Translations under genes and position numbers: made by a program
The notes under the pieces: generated by a model
The model's input: only the letters and a program-made list of their open reading frames with translations
Databases searched by the model: none
Told to the model about the DNA's origin: nothing
Origin: an uncultured Pseudomonas sp.
GTDB taxonomy: Bacteria; Pseudomonadota; Gammaproteobacteria; Pseudomonadales; Pseudomonadaceae
Length of the DNA stretch: 64,000 nucleotides
Direction: 5' to 3'
NCBI RefSeq assembly: GCF_943846705.1
Contig: NZ_OX044366.1
Span: 1,626,996 to 1,690,995, forward strand
Shown here: positions 20,305 to 33,379 of the stretch, in pieces
How the letters are laid out: each line of letters opens with the position of its first letter
How positions within the stretch are numbered: position 1 is the first letter of the stretch

Positions 20305-20352
20305 AGGTGGCGGGAGCGGCCGGAGCTGTGCCGGTCGCGTGAAACGGAGGCG

Positions 20353-20358
20353 ATTATA
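20353..20358 (-). promoter_or_regulatory. Candidate sigma70 -10 box (TATAAT) of the ahcY-metF promoter
   Basis: Perfect TATAAT on the minus strand about 50 nt upstream of the riboswitch P1. TTGGGC sits 17 nt further upstream as a weak -35. Confidence 0.5.
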
Positions 20359-20447
20359 GCGAGGCTGACGATTTAGCCCAAGGCTTTCCGTCGCTCCGGT
20401 TTAGTGTGGGTGGTAGCCTTGCTGCCTTGTGAAGTTAAGGACCTGCC

Positions 20448-21068
20448 ATGGGCAATCACAAAATCGAGATTCGCCGGCGCAACGTCGAGAAGATCCTGCT
20501 GGCTGCGGAAAAAGTCTTCGCCGAGAAAGGCCATGGTGGCACCGCCATGGGCGACATCGCCGAAGAGGCCGAGCTGCCACGCTCCAACCTGCACTACTAC
20601 TTCAGCACCAAAGACGAGTTGTACCGTGCGGTGCTGCTTGACCTGCTTGAGGTGTGGAAGCAGGACGCGCTGTGCTTCGAGATGTATGACGACCCGCGGG
20701 TGGTGCTCAGTACCTATATCCGCGCCAAGATGAACCACTCGCGCAGCCGCCCGCACGGCTCCAAGGTCTGGGCCAACGAGATCATCCATGGTGCGCCGAT
20801 GCTCGGCGCCACCCTCGACGACAGCCTCTACACCTGGGCCAAGATGAAAGAAGCGAAGATCCGCCAGTGGGTCGAAGACAAGCGCATCCTGGCCGTCGAG
20901 CCCTCGGCCCTGCTCTATATGATCTGGGCCTCAACCCAGCACTACGCCGATTTCAGCCATCAGGTCAGTGTGCTTAACGATCACCAGACGCTGTCCGAGC
21001 GCCAGTTCGAGCGCGCGGTGCAGACCGTGACCAGTGTGATACTGCGCGGGATTGGGCTGGAGCCCTGA
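20448..21068 (+). CDS. rutR: TetR-family regulator, RutR-like (pyrimidine catabolism regulator)
   Basis: 206 aa with an N-terminal TetR HTH. The C-terminal block LLYMIWASTQHYADF matches E. coli RutR as I recall it. AAGGA lies 6 nt upstream, and the gene is next to preA/preT. Confidence 0.8.
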   Translation: MGNHKIEIRRRNVEKILLAAEKVFAEKGHGGTAMGDIAEEAELPRSNLHYYFSTKDELYRAVLLDLLEVWKQDALCFEMYDDPRVVLSTYIRAKMNHSRSRPHGSKVWANEIIHGAPMLGATLDDSLYTWAKMKEAKIRQWVEDKRILAVEPSALLYMIWASTQHYADFSHQVSVLNDHQTLSERQFERAVQTVTSVILRGIGLEP

Positions 21069-21082
21069 TCGTGACTTGTCGC

Positions 21083-21120
21083 GCCCCTCCCACGAATTGC
21101 ACACGATCCGTGGGAGGGGC
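21083..21120. terminator. Hairpin between convergent rutR-like and preA genes
   Basis: GCCCCTCCCACG-aattgcacacgatc-CGTGGGAGGGGC: a 12-bp perfect stem followed by TTT. Confidence 0.65.
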
Positions 21121-21138
21121 TTTAGCCGCAAGAGTCAA

Positions 21139-22413
21139 TCAACTGGCCACGCGATACGGATTGCGCGGGTCGTGGTTCCAGTCGAGAAACGGCTTGCCGG
21201 TGTCCTGAGTCACCATCTCGATGCAGTCCTCTACCGGGCAGGTGATCTGACACAGGTTGCAGCCCACGCATTCATCGTCGATTACCTCGTACTTATGCGT
21301 CCCGTCGGCCTGGGGCAGGCTGGCGATGGCTTGGTGCGAGGTGTCTTCGCAGGCGATATGGCAGCGGCCGCAGCCGATGCAGGCGTCCTGATCGATCTTG
21401 GCGATCACCTGGTAGTTGATGTCCAGGTACTTCCAGTCGGTGGTGTTGCCCACCGCACGGCCGGAGAAGTCTGCGAGGCTGGTGTAGCCCTGGCTGTCCA
21501 TCCAGCGCGACAGGCCGTCTGTCATCTCCTCGACGATGCGAAAACCGTGCAGCATGGCGGCTGTACACACCTGCACCGCGCCGCAACCGAGGGCGACGAA
21601 CTCCGCCGCGTCGCGCCAGCTGCCGATACCGCCGATGCCGCAAATCGGTAAGCCTTGGGTCTCCGGGTCGCGGGCAATCTCAGCGACCATGTTCAGCGCG
21701 ATGGGTTTAACCGCCGAGCCGCAATAACCGCCGTGGGTGCTTTGGTTGCCGACGATGGGGTGGGCGACCATCCGCTCCAGATCGACGCTGGTGATCGAGT
21801 TGATGGTGTTGATCAGTGACACCGCATCGGCGCCGCCGCGATGGGCGGCGCGGGCAGACAGGCGCACGTCGGTGATGTTCGGCGTCAGTTTGACGATCAC
21901 CGGCAACGAGCTGTAGGTCTTGCACCAGCGGGTGACCATTTCCACGTATTCCGGCACCTGGCCGACCGCCGCGCCCATGCCGCGCTCGGGCATGCCGTGG
22001 GGGCAGCCGAAGTTCAGCTCGATGCCGTCGCAGCCGGTGGCTTCCACCAGCGGCAGGATGGTTTTCCAGGATTCTTCGACGCACGGCACCATCAGTGACA
22101 CGATCAGCGCGCGGTCTGGCCAGTCCTTCTTTACCTGGGTGATTTCACGCAGGTTGATCTCCAGCGAGCGGTCGGTGATCAGCTCAATGTTGTTGATGCC
22201 CTGTACCTGGCGGTTGGGGCCAAAGTGCGCCGAGTAGCGCGACGATACGTTGACCGCTGCCGGGTCTTCGCCGAGGGTCTTCCAGACCACGCCGCCCCAG
22301 CCGGCTTCGAAGGCGCGGACCACGTTGTAGGCCTTGTCGGTGGGCGGCGCACTGGCCAGCCAGAACGGGTTAGGTGCCTTAATACCGGCGAATTCGATGG
22401 ATAGATCGGCCAT
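21139..22413 (-). CDS. preA: NAD-dependent dihydropyrimidine dehydrogenase, PreA (PydA) subunit
   Basis: 424 aa. DHOD/DPD-like FMN domain plus C-terminal 2x[4Fe-4S] motifs (CIGCGRCHIAC, CVGCNLCQITCP). Confidence 0.9.
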   Translation of the reverse strand: MADLSIEFAGIKAPNPFWLASAPPTDKAYNVVRAFEAGWGGVVWKTLGEDPAAVNVSSRYSAHFGPNRQVQGINNIELITDRSLEINLREITQVKKDWPDRALIVSLMVPCVEESWKTILPLVEATGCDGIELNFGCPHGMPERGMGAAVGQVPEYVEMVTRWCKTYSSLPVIVKLTPNITDVRLSARAAHRGGADAVSLINTINSITSVDLERMVAHPIVGNQSTHGGYCGSAVKPIALNMVAEIARDPETQGLPICGIGGIGSWRDAAEFVALGCGAVQVCTAAMLHGFRIVEEMTDGLSRWMDSQGYTSLADFSGRAVGNTTDWKYLDINYQVIAKIDQDACIGCGRCHIACEDTSHQAIASLPQADGTHKYEVIDDECVGCNLCQITCPVEDCIEMVTQDTGKPFLDWNHDPRNPYRVAS

Positions 22414-23781
22414 TTATGCGGCCTCCACAGTGAGCATCAGGTGAGAGTGGATGGCCTCGGCGGCCAGCTTGCCGTGTTGCACGGCTTGTACGGTGAGGTC
22501 CTGGCCCTGGGCGGTGCAGTCGCCGCCGGCGTAGATGCCGGGCACGCTGGTCTGCAGTTGCGCATCAACCCAGATGCGTTCGCCCTCGCGTTTCAATTCA
22601 TGGGCCAGCGGGTCACTCAGGGCTTGGCCGTCAAAGGCCTGGCCGATGGCGCTGAAGATGGCGTCGGCGGCCAGCTCGAAGGTCTGCCCGGTGCTGTGCA
22701 AACGGCCATCTTCCAGGCGGGTGCGGGCGAAGCGCATGCCGCGCACTTGGCCTTGCTCATCGAGCAGCACGTCTTGTGGTTGTGCCCAGGTCAGCAGGCG
22801 TACCTGGTTAGCCTTGGCAATCTCCTGCTCGTGTTCGGTGGCGCCCATCTCCTCAAAACCACGGCGATAAACCAGGTTGACGTCGCGAGCGCCGAGCTTG
22901 CTCATTTGTACCGCCATGTCGATGGCGGTATTGCCAGCGCCGAGGACGATGCAGCGGTCGGCCACCGGCAGCTGGCTGAGGTCATCGCTTTGGCGTAGCT
23001 CGCGGATATAGTCGGTGGCGGCGAGCAGGCCCGGCGCGTCTTCGTGTGGCAAACCGAGGCACTTGCTGGCGGCCAGGCCGATGCCGAGGAACACCGCGTC
23101 GAACTGCTGGTGCAGCTCGCTCAGGCTGAGGTCGTCACCGAGTTTGTGCCCGTGACGGATCTCGATGCCGCCAATCTGCAGGAGAAATTCCACCTCGCGC
23201 TGGGCGAAGTCGTCCACCAGCTTGTAGGCGGCGATGCCGTATTCGTTGAGGCCGCCGGCTTTCTCGCGGGCCTCGAAAATCACTACATCGTGACCGTGCA
23301 TTGCCAGGCGATGGGCGCAGGACAAACCCGCCGGCCCTGCGCCGACCACGGCGATACGCTTGCCGCTGAGTGGCGCGCGCTGGAAGGGGTGTTCGCTGAA
23401 CTGCGCGTTGTCGATGGCGTAGCGCTGCAGCAGGCCGATCAGCACCGGCGCGCACTCTTGCGCGTTATTCCGCACGCAGGCCTGCTGGCACAGGACTTCG
23501 GTCGGGCAAACGCGAGCGCAGCTGCCGCCAAGGATATTCGCCGAGAGGATTTTCTCGGCCGCGCCCTGAACGTTTTCATGGCTGATATTGCGGATAAACG
23601 AGGGGATGTCGATCTCACTGGGGCAGGCGTTGATGCACGGCGCGTCGTAGCAATACAGGCAGCGGGCGCTTTCCAGAGCAGCTTGGCGAGCATTCAGCGG
23701 CGGGGCCAGATCGCTGAAGCGATCGGCCAATTCGGCTGCGTCGGCATCCGCGCGTGGCAAATGGCTAAGGGTGTCTATCAC
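22414..23781 (-). CDS. preT: NAD-dependent dihydropyrimidine dehydrogenase, PreT (PydX) subunit
   Basis: 455 aa. Fe-S Cys motifs (CLYCYDAPCINACP, CARVCP) and two GxGxxG folds (VVGAGPAGLSCA, VLGAGNTAIDMA). Its stop abuts the preA ATG. Confidence 0.9.
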   Translation of the reverse strand: MIDTLSHLPRADADAAELADRFSDLAPPLNARQAALESARCLYCYDAPCINACPSEIDIPSFIRNISHENVQGAAEKILSANILGGSCARVCPTEVLCQQACVRNNAQECAPVLIGLLQRYAIDNAQFSEHPFQRAPLSGKRIAVVGAGPAGLSCAHRLAMHGHDVVIFEAREKAGGLNEYGIAAYKLVDDFAQREVEFLLQIGGIEIRHGHKLGDDLSLSELHQQFDAVFLGIGLAASKCLGLPHEDAPGLLAATDYIRELRQSDDLSQLPVADRCIVLGAGNTAIDMAVQMSKLGARDVNLVYRRGFEEMGATEHEQEIAKANQVRLLTWAQPQDVLLDEQGQVRGMRFARTRLEDGRLHSTGQTFELAADAIFSAIGQAFDGQALSDPLAHELKREGERIWVDAQLQTSVPGIYAGGDCTAQGQDLTVQAVQHGKLAAEAIHSHLMLTVEAA

Positions 23782-23895
23782 GGTTATTGCCTCACGGTTT
23801 TGTGGCTTTTATTGGGCAGTTAACAGCTGATAAGCCGCCGCCCGGCCTCTACGGGCCGGTGTGGCGAAGTAATGTGTAGCGCCGGTGTGCGCGGC

Positions 23896-25347
<1,452 letters not shown>

Positions 25348-25969
25348 TCAGGCTGACCGGTGCGTGCCGGTTCTTGGTGTTATGGCCTGTCAGAAGGGCG
25401 GTTTTTATTCCTGCCACTGCTGACAGGAATTGAATCTAGTCGCTGTTTTGCGATTGGGCAAGAATATTTATTGCGATCAATTTATTCGTATAAGTTATTG
25501 AAAATAAACGTAAAAATATTAATTACACATAATGGTGCAGGCCCTCACCATTTTGACTCACTTGACAAGAACCAAATATGAACAAGATTTCCTATGCAAA
25601 ATCAGGCGTTTGAGCGGGTTGGTGGAGAGACTGCGACAAACGAAAAATTATTGGCCTGCACCACTTTGAATCCTGACTAGTTAGACAGGCTGGTTGGGCC
25701 GAGCTGGAAAGTGCCTGTAAGACGTTGAGAGAAAAGCCTGATTTTTTATAAAGCCTATAAAAATCATCTGTTTATAAAGGTTTTATCGAGGCAGTAGATG
25801 AGCCAGCAGGTTCTCGGCACGCTTATTGATGGCCCTCGCTATCGAGCTGGCCGGCCCTGAGGTGGAAGAGTACTCCGGCCATCGTGAGCGGCCGATTGGT
25901 GGTGTAAACACTGCCAGGCGGCTGGTCATCCCGATGTGCGAATAATCAGAACAATCACTGGAGAGGCCC

Positions 25970-27457
25970 ATGCAACAGAGCAGATCACAAGTGACTGAAC
26001 GCGATGGCTTGTACGAACTGGCCGCTGGCCCCGACGTACTCGACAGCCCGCGCTATAACCACGACATCGCCCCCACTCAGGTGCACGAGCGCACCTGGAA
26101 CAAGTGGCACATCACCGCACTGTGGGTCGGCATGTCGATCTGCGTGCCGACCTACACCCTGGGCGGCGTGCTGACCGCCTACTTCGGTCTATCGGTCAGC
26201 GAGGCACTGCTGGCCATCCTGTTTGCCAACATCATCGTACTGATCCCGCTGACACTGAATGCCTTCCCCGGCACCAAGTACGGCATACCGTTTCCGGTGT
26301 TATTGCGCTCTTCATTTGGGGTGATCGGTTCCAACGTGCCCTGCTTGATACGCGCCGTGGTGGCCTGCGGCTGGTTTGGTATTCAGACCATGTTCGGCGG
26401 CCTGGCCATTCACCTGCTGCTCGGTTCGATCTTCGAGGGCTGGAAAAGCCTGGGCGGTACCGGTGAGGTGATCGGCTTTATGATCTTCTGGACCCTCAAT
26501 TTGTGGGTGGTGCTGCGCGGGGCCGAGTCGATCAAGTGGCTGGAAACCCTCTCAGCACCGCTGCTGGTGCTGGTCGGTGCCGGTCTGCTGGTGTGGGCGT
26601 TGCCCAATGTGTCGATGAGCGAACTGCTGGCGCAGCCGGCGAACCGTCCGGAGGGCGCCAGCGTGACCAGTTACTTTCTCGCTGGGCTGACGGCGATGGT
26701 CGGTTTCTGGGCCACCCTGTCGTTAAACATTCCTGACTTCAGCCGCTACGCCAAGAGCCAGAAGGACCAGATCATCGGCCAGGTCATTGGTTTGCCGTTG
26801 ACCATGTTCCTCTTCGCCGCCCTCGGTGTGGTCATGACGGCGGCTTCGGCCTCGCTGGTCGGTGAGACCGTATCCGACCCGGTCACGCTGATCGGGCATA
26901 TCCAGAGCCCCGGCTGGGTTGCCCTGGCCATGGCGCTGATTATCGTCGCCACGCTGTCGACCAACACCGCCGCGAACATCGTCTCGCCGACCAATGATTT
27001 CCAGAACATCGCGCCCAAGCTGATCAACCGCACCAAGGCGGTGATGCTGACCGGGCTGATTGGACTGGGATTGATGGGTCACGAGCTGCTGAAAAAGCTC
27101 GGCCTGCTGGTCTCTGACCTCAGCCTGGAAAGCGTCTACTCCAACTGGCTGCTGGGTTACTCCAGCCTGCTCGGGCCGATTGCCGGGATCATGGTGGTGG
27201 ATTATTTCCTGATCAAAAAGCAGCGCCTCGACCTGGCTGGTCTGTACCGCGACGACGTCTATCCGGCATGGAACTGGATCGGCTTTGCCGCCTTTGCGGT
27301 GCCAGTGGCGCTCACCCTGTTGTCGCTCGGCAGTAACGCCTTCAGCTGGTTTTATGACTACGGCTGGTTTACCGGCTCCTTCCTTGGCGGCCTGATCTAT
27401 TTCGCCTTGTGCAGCTTGCGTAGCGCGCAGCCTGTGGCGGCCAAAGCCCCGGTTTGA
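25970..27457 (+). CDS. NCS1-family nucleobase:cation symporter (uracil/dihydrouracil/hydantoin/allantoin-type permease)
   Basis: 495 aa with ~12 TM helices and an NCS1-type N-terminus (YNHDIAPT...ERTWNKW). GGAGAGG lies 4-10 nt upstream of the ATG. Confidence 0.88.
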   Translation: MQQSRSQVTERDGLYELAAGPDVLDSPRYNHDIAPTQVHERTWNKWHITALWVGMSICVPTYTLGGVLTAYFGLSVSEALLAILFANIIVLIPLTLNAFPGTKYGIPFPVLLRSSFGVIGSNVPCLIRAVVACGWFGIQTMFGGLAIHLLLGSIFEGWKSLGGTGEVIGFMIFWTLNLWVVLRGAESIKWLETLSAPLLVLVGAGLLVWALPNVSMSELLAQPANRPEGASVTSYFLAGLTAMVGFWATLSLNIPDFSRYAKSQKDQIIGQVIGLPLTMFLFAALGVVMTAASASLVGETVSDPVTLIGHIQSPGWVALAMALIIVATLSTNTAANIVSPTNDFQNIAPKLINRTKAVMLTGLIGLGLMGHELLKKLGLLVSDLSLESVYSNWLLGYSSLLGPIAGIMVVDYFLIKKQRLDLAGLYRDDVYPAWNWIGFAAFAVPVALTLLSLGSNAFSWFYDYGWFTGSFLGGLIYFALCSLRSAQPVAAKAPV

Positions 27458-27548
27458 CGGATAAACAGCGCGGGCTTGCCCGCGACGTGATTCAGCAGGC
27501 GCGCTCCTGCGGTGAGTGCGTAACAGATGACAAGTAGAGGAGTTGAGC

Positions 27549-28832
27549 ATGAACACGGCCACTGAGGTTTTGCAATCCAGCCGCCCGCACGTCAACGGCG
27601 AGCGCCTGTGGCAATCGCTGATGGAGTTGGCGCAGCTTGGCGCCACGGTTAAAGGCGGGGTCTGCCGGCTGGCGCTGACCGATCTCGATCGACAGGCCCG
27701 CGACCTGTTCGTGCGCTGGTGCGAGGATGCCGGCTGCACGGTAAGCGTGGATGGCGTAGGCAACATCTTTGCCCGCCGGCCTGGGCGCAATAATGCACTG
27801 CCACCGGTCATGACCGGCAGCCATATCGATACCCAGCCCACCGGCGGCAAGTTTGACGGCTGCTTCGGCGTGCTGGCTGGCGTCGAGGTGCTGCGCACCC
27901 TGAATGATTTGGATGTGCAAACGGAAGCGCCGCTGGAAGTGGTGGTGTGGACCAACGAAGAGGGCTCGCGTTTTGCCCCGTGCATGATGGGCTCCGGGGT
28001 CTTCGCTGAGAAATTCACCCTGGAAGAAACCCTGGCCAAGCGCGATGCCGAGGGTGTCAGTGTCGGCGAAGCATTGAACGCCATCGGTTACGCCGGCACG
28101 CGCGCTGTGACGGGGCACGCGGTGGGTGCTTACTTTGAGGCGCATATCGAGCAGGGGCCGATTCTCGAAGATCAGGGCAAAACCATCGGTGTGGTACTCG
28201 GTGCCCTTGGGCAGAAGTGGTTCGACCTCAACCTCAAGGGTGTTGAAGCGCATGCCGGCCCCACGCCGATGCACCTGCGCAAAGACGCGCTGGTCGGCGC
28301 GGCGGCTGTAGTGGCGGCAGTCAACCGGGTGGCCCTGGAGCACCAGCCGCATGCGTGCGGCACGGTGGGTTGCCTGCAGGCTTATCCAGGCTCGCGCAAT
28401 GTGATTCCCGGTGAGGTACGTATGACCCTGGATTTTCGCCATCTGGAACCGGCGCGCCTGGACTCGATGATTGCCGAGGTGCGAGAGGTGATCGAGGTTA
28501 CATGTGCCAAGCACGGTTTGAGCTTCGAGATGACGCCGACGGCGGATTTCCCGCCGCTGTATTTCAACCAAGGCTGCGTCGAGGCGGTGCGTGGTGCGGC
28601 GGCCGGGCTGGGCTTGACACATATGGATATCGTCAGCGGCGCCGGGCATGACGCGATCTTTCTTGCCGAGCTGGGGCCGGCCGGGATGATTTTTGTGCCG
28701 TGCGAAGGCGGGATCAGCCATAACGAAATCGAGAATGCGGCGCCAGCCGACTTGGCTGCCGGTTGCGCGGTGTTGCTGCGCGCCATGCTCGCGGCCTCGG
28801 TAGCGCTGGCCAAGGAGAAACAGGCGGCATGA
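27549..28832 (+). CDS. N-carbamoyl-beta-alanine amidohydrolase (beta-ureidopropionase; M20 allantoate-amidohydrolase family)
   Basis: ORF-track TTG 27543 replaced by ATG 27549 (GAGGAG 6 nt upstream; 427 aa). Blocks GSHIDTQPTGGKFDG and NEEGSRF. Genomic context gives the substrate assignment. Confidence 0.85.
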   Translation: MNTATEVLQSSRPHVNGERLWQSLMELAQLGATVKGGVCRLALTDLDRQARDLFVRWCEDAGCTVSVDGVGNIFARRPGRNNALPPVMTGSHIDTQPTGGKFDGCFGVLAGVEVLRTLNDLDVQTEAPLEVVVWTNEEGSRFAPCMMGSGVFAEKFTLEETLAKRDAEGVSVGEALNAIGYAGTRAVTGHAVGAYFEAHIEQGPILEDQGKTIGVVLGALGQKWFDLNLKGVEAHAGPTPMHLRKDALVGAAAVVAAVNRVALEHQPHACGTVGCLQAYPGSRNVIPGEVRMTLDFRHLEPARLDSMIAEVREVIEVTCAKHGLSFEMTPTADFPPLYFNQGCVEAVRGAAAGLGLTHMDIVSGAGHDAIFLAELGPAGMIFVPCEGGISHNEIENAAPADLAAGCAVLLRAMLAASVALAKEKQAA

Positions 28833-28929
28833 TTGGCTGAATTGCCGTCGTATTGTGAGCGCGAGTCATGGACGCCGCTAAGGTTGCAGGCCAAGCTTCG
28901 GCTTCTTTGTCCTGACCTTAGGTGTTGCC

Positions 28930-29316
28930 ATGACCGTTGCTTACTGGTGTGTGTTGATTGCGCTGTTTTTGCCTTACGTGTCGGCCGTGACGGCCAAGGC
29001 CGTTAGCGGCGGGTTCAGCCCTAAGCACAACCACGATCCGCGTGCGCTGCTGGATAACCTCAGCGGTATTGGCCGGCGCGCCAACAATGCCCAGCTCAAC
29101 AGCTTCGAGGTGACCCCGGCGTTTTCCGCTGCGGTGATCATTGCTCACCTGGCTGGCGGAGCCGAGCAGGCGCTGATCGATCAGTTGGCGATGGCGTTTA
29201 TTGTCAGCCGCCTCCTCTATCTCGTTTGCTACCTGGCGGACTGGGCTCCTGTGCGTTCGCTGATGTGGTTCGTCAACATGGGGCTGATTATCAGCCTGTT
29301 CGTGGTTGCGGCTTAA
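28930..29316 (+). CDS. Small MAPEG-family-like membrane protein
   Basis: 128 aa with 3-4 TM helices. Assigned by family resemblance only. Confidence 0.7.
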   Translation: MTVAYWCVLIALFLPYVSAVTAKAVSGGFSPKHNHDPRALLDNLSGIGRRANNAQLNSFEVTPAFSAAVIIAHLAGGAEQALIDQLAMAFIVSRLLYLVCYLADWAPVRSLMWFVNMGLIISLFVVAA

Positions 29317-29438
29317 GCCTGCTGGCGTTCGCCTGTACGGCTGTTGTCAGCTGCGGCAAAACACCACGCTTGGCCACTGGGCGGCGGGTGGCGATACTGT
29401 CAGCCGTTATCCACCCGGTTGTTGGCCATGAAGGTGTT

Positions 29439-29891
29439 ATGAAGTTTAAAACCCTGTCCCTGATTTTATTGCTGCTGGCTGTGAGTGGTTGCGGCGGTGT
29501 TGACCCCAACTCGCCAGAAGGCCAGCGGCAGAGCATTTTTAAGCAGATGCTCAAGGTCAGCGAAAACCTTGGCGGCATGTTGCGTGGGCGGGTTGCGTTC
29601 AAGGAAGCAGCGTTTGTTGCCGGGGCGGCCGAGCTCGACCAACTGACGCGCAAGCCTTGGCAGCACTTTCCGCAGGTGCGCGAAGAGGAGAGTGGCGAAA
29701 CCCGTGCCAAAGATGATGTCTGGCAGCGCCAGGCGCGTTTTCAGGAATTGGCGCGGGCGATGGAGGCCAGCACGGCGGCGCTGGTAGTGGCGACCCATGC
29801 TCAACCCCTCACGCCTGAGGCGCTGACGGCACCGGTGCAGCGGGTCGAAGACAGCTGCAAGGCGTGCCATGAAGAGTTCCGCGCGTTCTAA
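29439..29891 (+). CDS. Class II cytochrome c (c'/c-556-like) lipoprotein
   Basis: ORF-track 29226 trimmed to ATG 29439 (150 aa). Lipobox LLAVSGC and a C-terminal CKACH heme-binding motif. Confidence 0.8.
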   Translation: MKFKTLSLILLLLAVSGCGGVDPNSPEGQRQSIFKQMLKVSENLGGMLRGRVAFKEAAFVAGAAELDQLTRKPWQHFPQVREEESGETRAKDDVWQRQARFQELARAMEASTAALVVATHAQPLTPEALTAPVQRVEDSCKACHEEFRAF

Positions 29892-29957
29892 GCAACAGTC
29901 CTAAAGGCGCTGCGCGTCAGCGCTATTGAGTTAAAGCTGCACAGTTAGCGGCTTTAG

Positions 29958-30353
29958 CTATTGGCCGAGCGCATCGCGGGCTTGCTGCAGTTTCGCGCGC
30001 GAGGCCTGCAATTTGTCCTGGCGCTTGTTGATGTCGTCCTGGTCGCCATCGGCCAGCGCTTCGCGTAAATCCTTCTCGCGCTCGTCAACGTCCTCGATGG
30101 CGTTGACCACCTTGGCTTCGCGCTCTGCGCGCAGGTCGGCATCGTTGCAATTATCGTCCACTGCCTTCAGGGCTTTCTCCAGACCGGCTTGCTGATTGCT
30201 ATTGCCGTGGCGTTTGGCGATGTCGAGTTGTTCGCTGATGGCTTGGCGTTTACCGGCGCAGCCGCTGAGTGGCTGCGTTGCGCTTGTGGCCGCGTAGGCC
30301 AGTGCGCTGGTCAGTAGCAGGGCGCTTACTAACAGGGGTTTGCGCATGATCAT
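29958..30353 (-). CDS. DUF1090-like periplasmic protein
   Basis: 131 aa. Signal peptide, then a charged Lys/Glu/Asp/Gln-rich helical sequence with two Cys, resembling YqjC/DUF1090. Confidence 0.65.
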   Translation of the reverse strand: MIMRKPLLVSALLLTSALAYAATSATQPLSGCAGKRQAISEQLDIAKRHGNSNQQAGLEKALKAVDDNCNDADLRAEREAKVVNAIEDVDEREKDLREALADGDQDDINKRQDKLQASRAKLQQARDALGQ

Positions 30354-30410
30354 TTCTCTTATATTGGTGTGTGCAGTCGACCGCAGTGGCTGGGTAAAGT
30401 TTATTGGCGT

Positions 30411-32102
<1,692 letters not shown>

Positions 32103-32148
32103 TCAAGGCTAGTCGTTTTTAGCCCTGTGGGTTGAAACGCGCGCAATA

Positions 32149-32175
32149 AAAAGCCCCGCACCAGGCGGGGCTTTT
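32149..32175 (-). terminator. Intrinsic terminator of metK
   Basis: AAAAGCCCCGC-accag-GCGGGGCTTTT. On the minus strand it is followed by a TTTTTATT run. Confidence 0.88.
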
Positions 32176-32188
32176 GCTGCTGCGAGGG

Positions 32189-33379
32189 TTACAGGCCGGC
32201 AGCCGCGCGTAACTCGGCGGCTTTGTCGGTTTGTTCCCAGGTGAAGGTGGTGAAGGTGTCGTCGCCGACCGTCTTCTGCGCAGGGGTGCGACCGAAGTGA
32301 CCGTAGGCGGCGGTTTCCTGGTACATCGGGTGCAGCAGGTCGAGCATCTTGGTGATGGCGTACGGGCGCAGGTCGAAGAGCTCGCGCACCAGCTTGATGA
32401 TCAGCTCTTCAGCCACCTTGTTGGTGCCAAAGGTGTTCAGCGAGATTGAGGTTGGCTGGGCCACGCCGATGGCGTAGGACACCTGGATTTCGCAGCGCTC
32501 GGCCAGGCCAGCAGCGACGATGTTCTTCGCCACGTAACGACCGGCGTAAGCGGCTGAACGGTCAACCTTGGACGGGTCCTTGCCGGAGAACGCCCCGCCA
32601 CCGTGACGGGCCATGCCGCCGTAGGAGTCGACGATGATCTTACGGCCGGTCAGGCCGCAGTCGCCCACCGGGCCACCGATAACGAAGTTACCGGTCGGGT
32701 TGATGTGGAACTGGGTGCCCTTGTGCAGCAGTTCAGCCGGCAAGGTGTGCTTGATGATCAGTTCCATCACCGCTTCACGCAGGTCGGGCAGCGAGACATC
32801 CGGGTTGTGCTGGGTCGACAGCACCACGGCGTCGATGCCGACCACTTTGCCGCCGTCGTAACGGCAGGTGACCTGGGATTTGGCATCCGGGCGCAGCCAC
32901 GGCAGCAGGCCGGACTTGCGTGCTTCGGCCTGGCGCTCAACCAAGCGGTGGCTGAACACGATCGGTGCGGGCATCAGCACGTCGGTTTCGTTGCTGGCGT
33001 AGCCAAACATCAGGCCCTGGTCGCCGGCACCCTGGTCTTCCGGCTTGGCTCGGTCAACACCCTGGTTAATGTCCGGGGACTGCTTGCCAATGATGTTGAT
33101 GATGCCGCAGGTGTTGCCGTCGAAGCCGACGTCGGAGCTGGTGTAGCCGATGTCGCAGATCACCTTGCGGGTGATTTCTTCCAGGTCGACCCAGGCGCTG
33201 GTGGTGACTTCGCCGGAGACGATGGCCACACCGGTCTTAACCATGGTTTCACAGGCGACGCGGGCGTGTTTGTCCTGGGTGATGATGGCGTCGAGCACGG
33301 CATCGGAAATCTGGTCGGCGATCTTGTCGGGATGGCCTTCGGAGACGGACTCGGAGGTAAAGAGGGAGTATTCGCTCAT
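32189..33379 (-). CDS. metK: S-adenosylmethionine synthetase
   Basis: ORF-track 33607 trimmed to ATG 33379 (396 aa): [32 protein letters not shown] and [12 protein letters not shown]. Confidence 0.96.
   Translation of the reverse strand: MSEYSLFTSESVSEGHPDKIADQISDAVLDAIITQDKHARVACETMVKTGVAIVSGEVTTSAWVDLEEITRKVICDIGYTSSDVGFDGNTCGIINIIGKQSPDINQGVDRAKPEDQGAGDQGLMFGYASNETDVLMPAPIVFSHRLVERQAEARKSGLLPWLRPDAKSQVTCRYDGGKVVGIDAVVLSTQHNPDVSLPDLREAVMELIIKHTLPAELLHKGTQFHINPTGNFVIGGPVGDCGLTGRKIIVDSYGGMARHGGGAFSGKDPSKVDRSAAYAGRYVAKNIVAAGLAERCEIQVSYAIGVAQPTSISLNTFGTNKVAEELIIKLVRELFDLRPYAITKMLDLLHPMYQETAAYGHFGRTPAQKTVGDDTFTTFTWEQTDKAAELRAAAGL

Noticed and set aside
25553-25568. TTGACTCACTTGACAA as a possible RutR operator.
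   Set aside because: It matches the TTGACCA-N2-TGGTCAA consensus at about 10 of 14 positions, but it is a direct repeat of TTGAC rather than an inverted repeat. It is therefore kept only as a generic repeat or -35-like element.
25360-25581. 73-aa ORF (plus strand), together with the 62-aa ORF at 25783-25971 (minus strand), in the dht/NCS1 intergenic region.
   Set aside because: The first lies in AT-rich DNA with atypical codon usage and no SD. The second is antisense to the GC-rich leader and overlaps the permease start. Neither has recognisable motifs.
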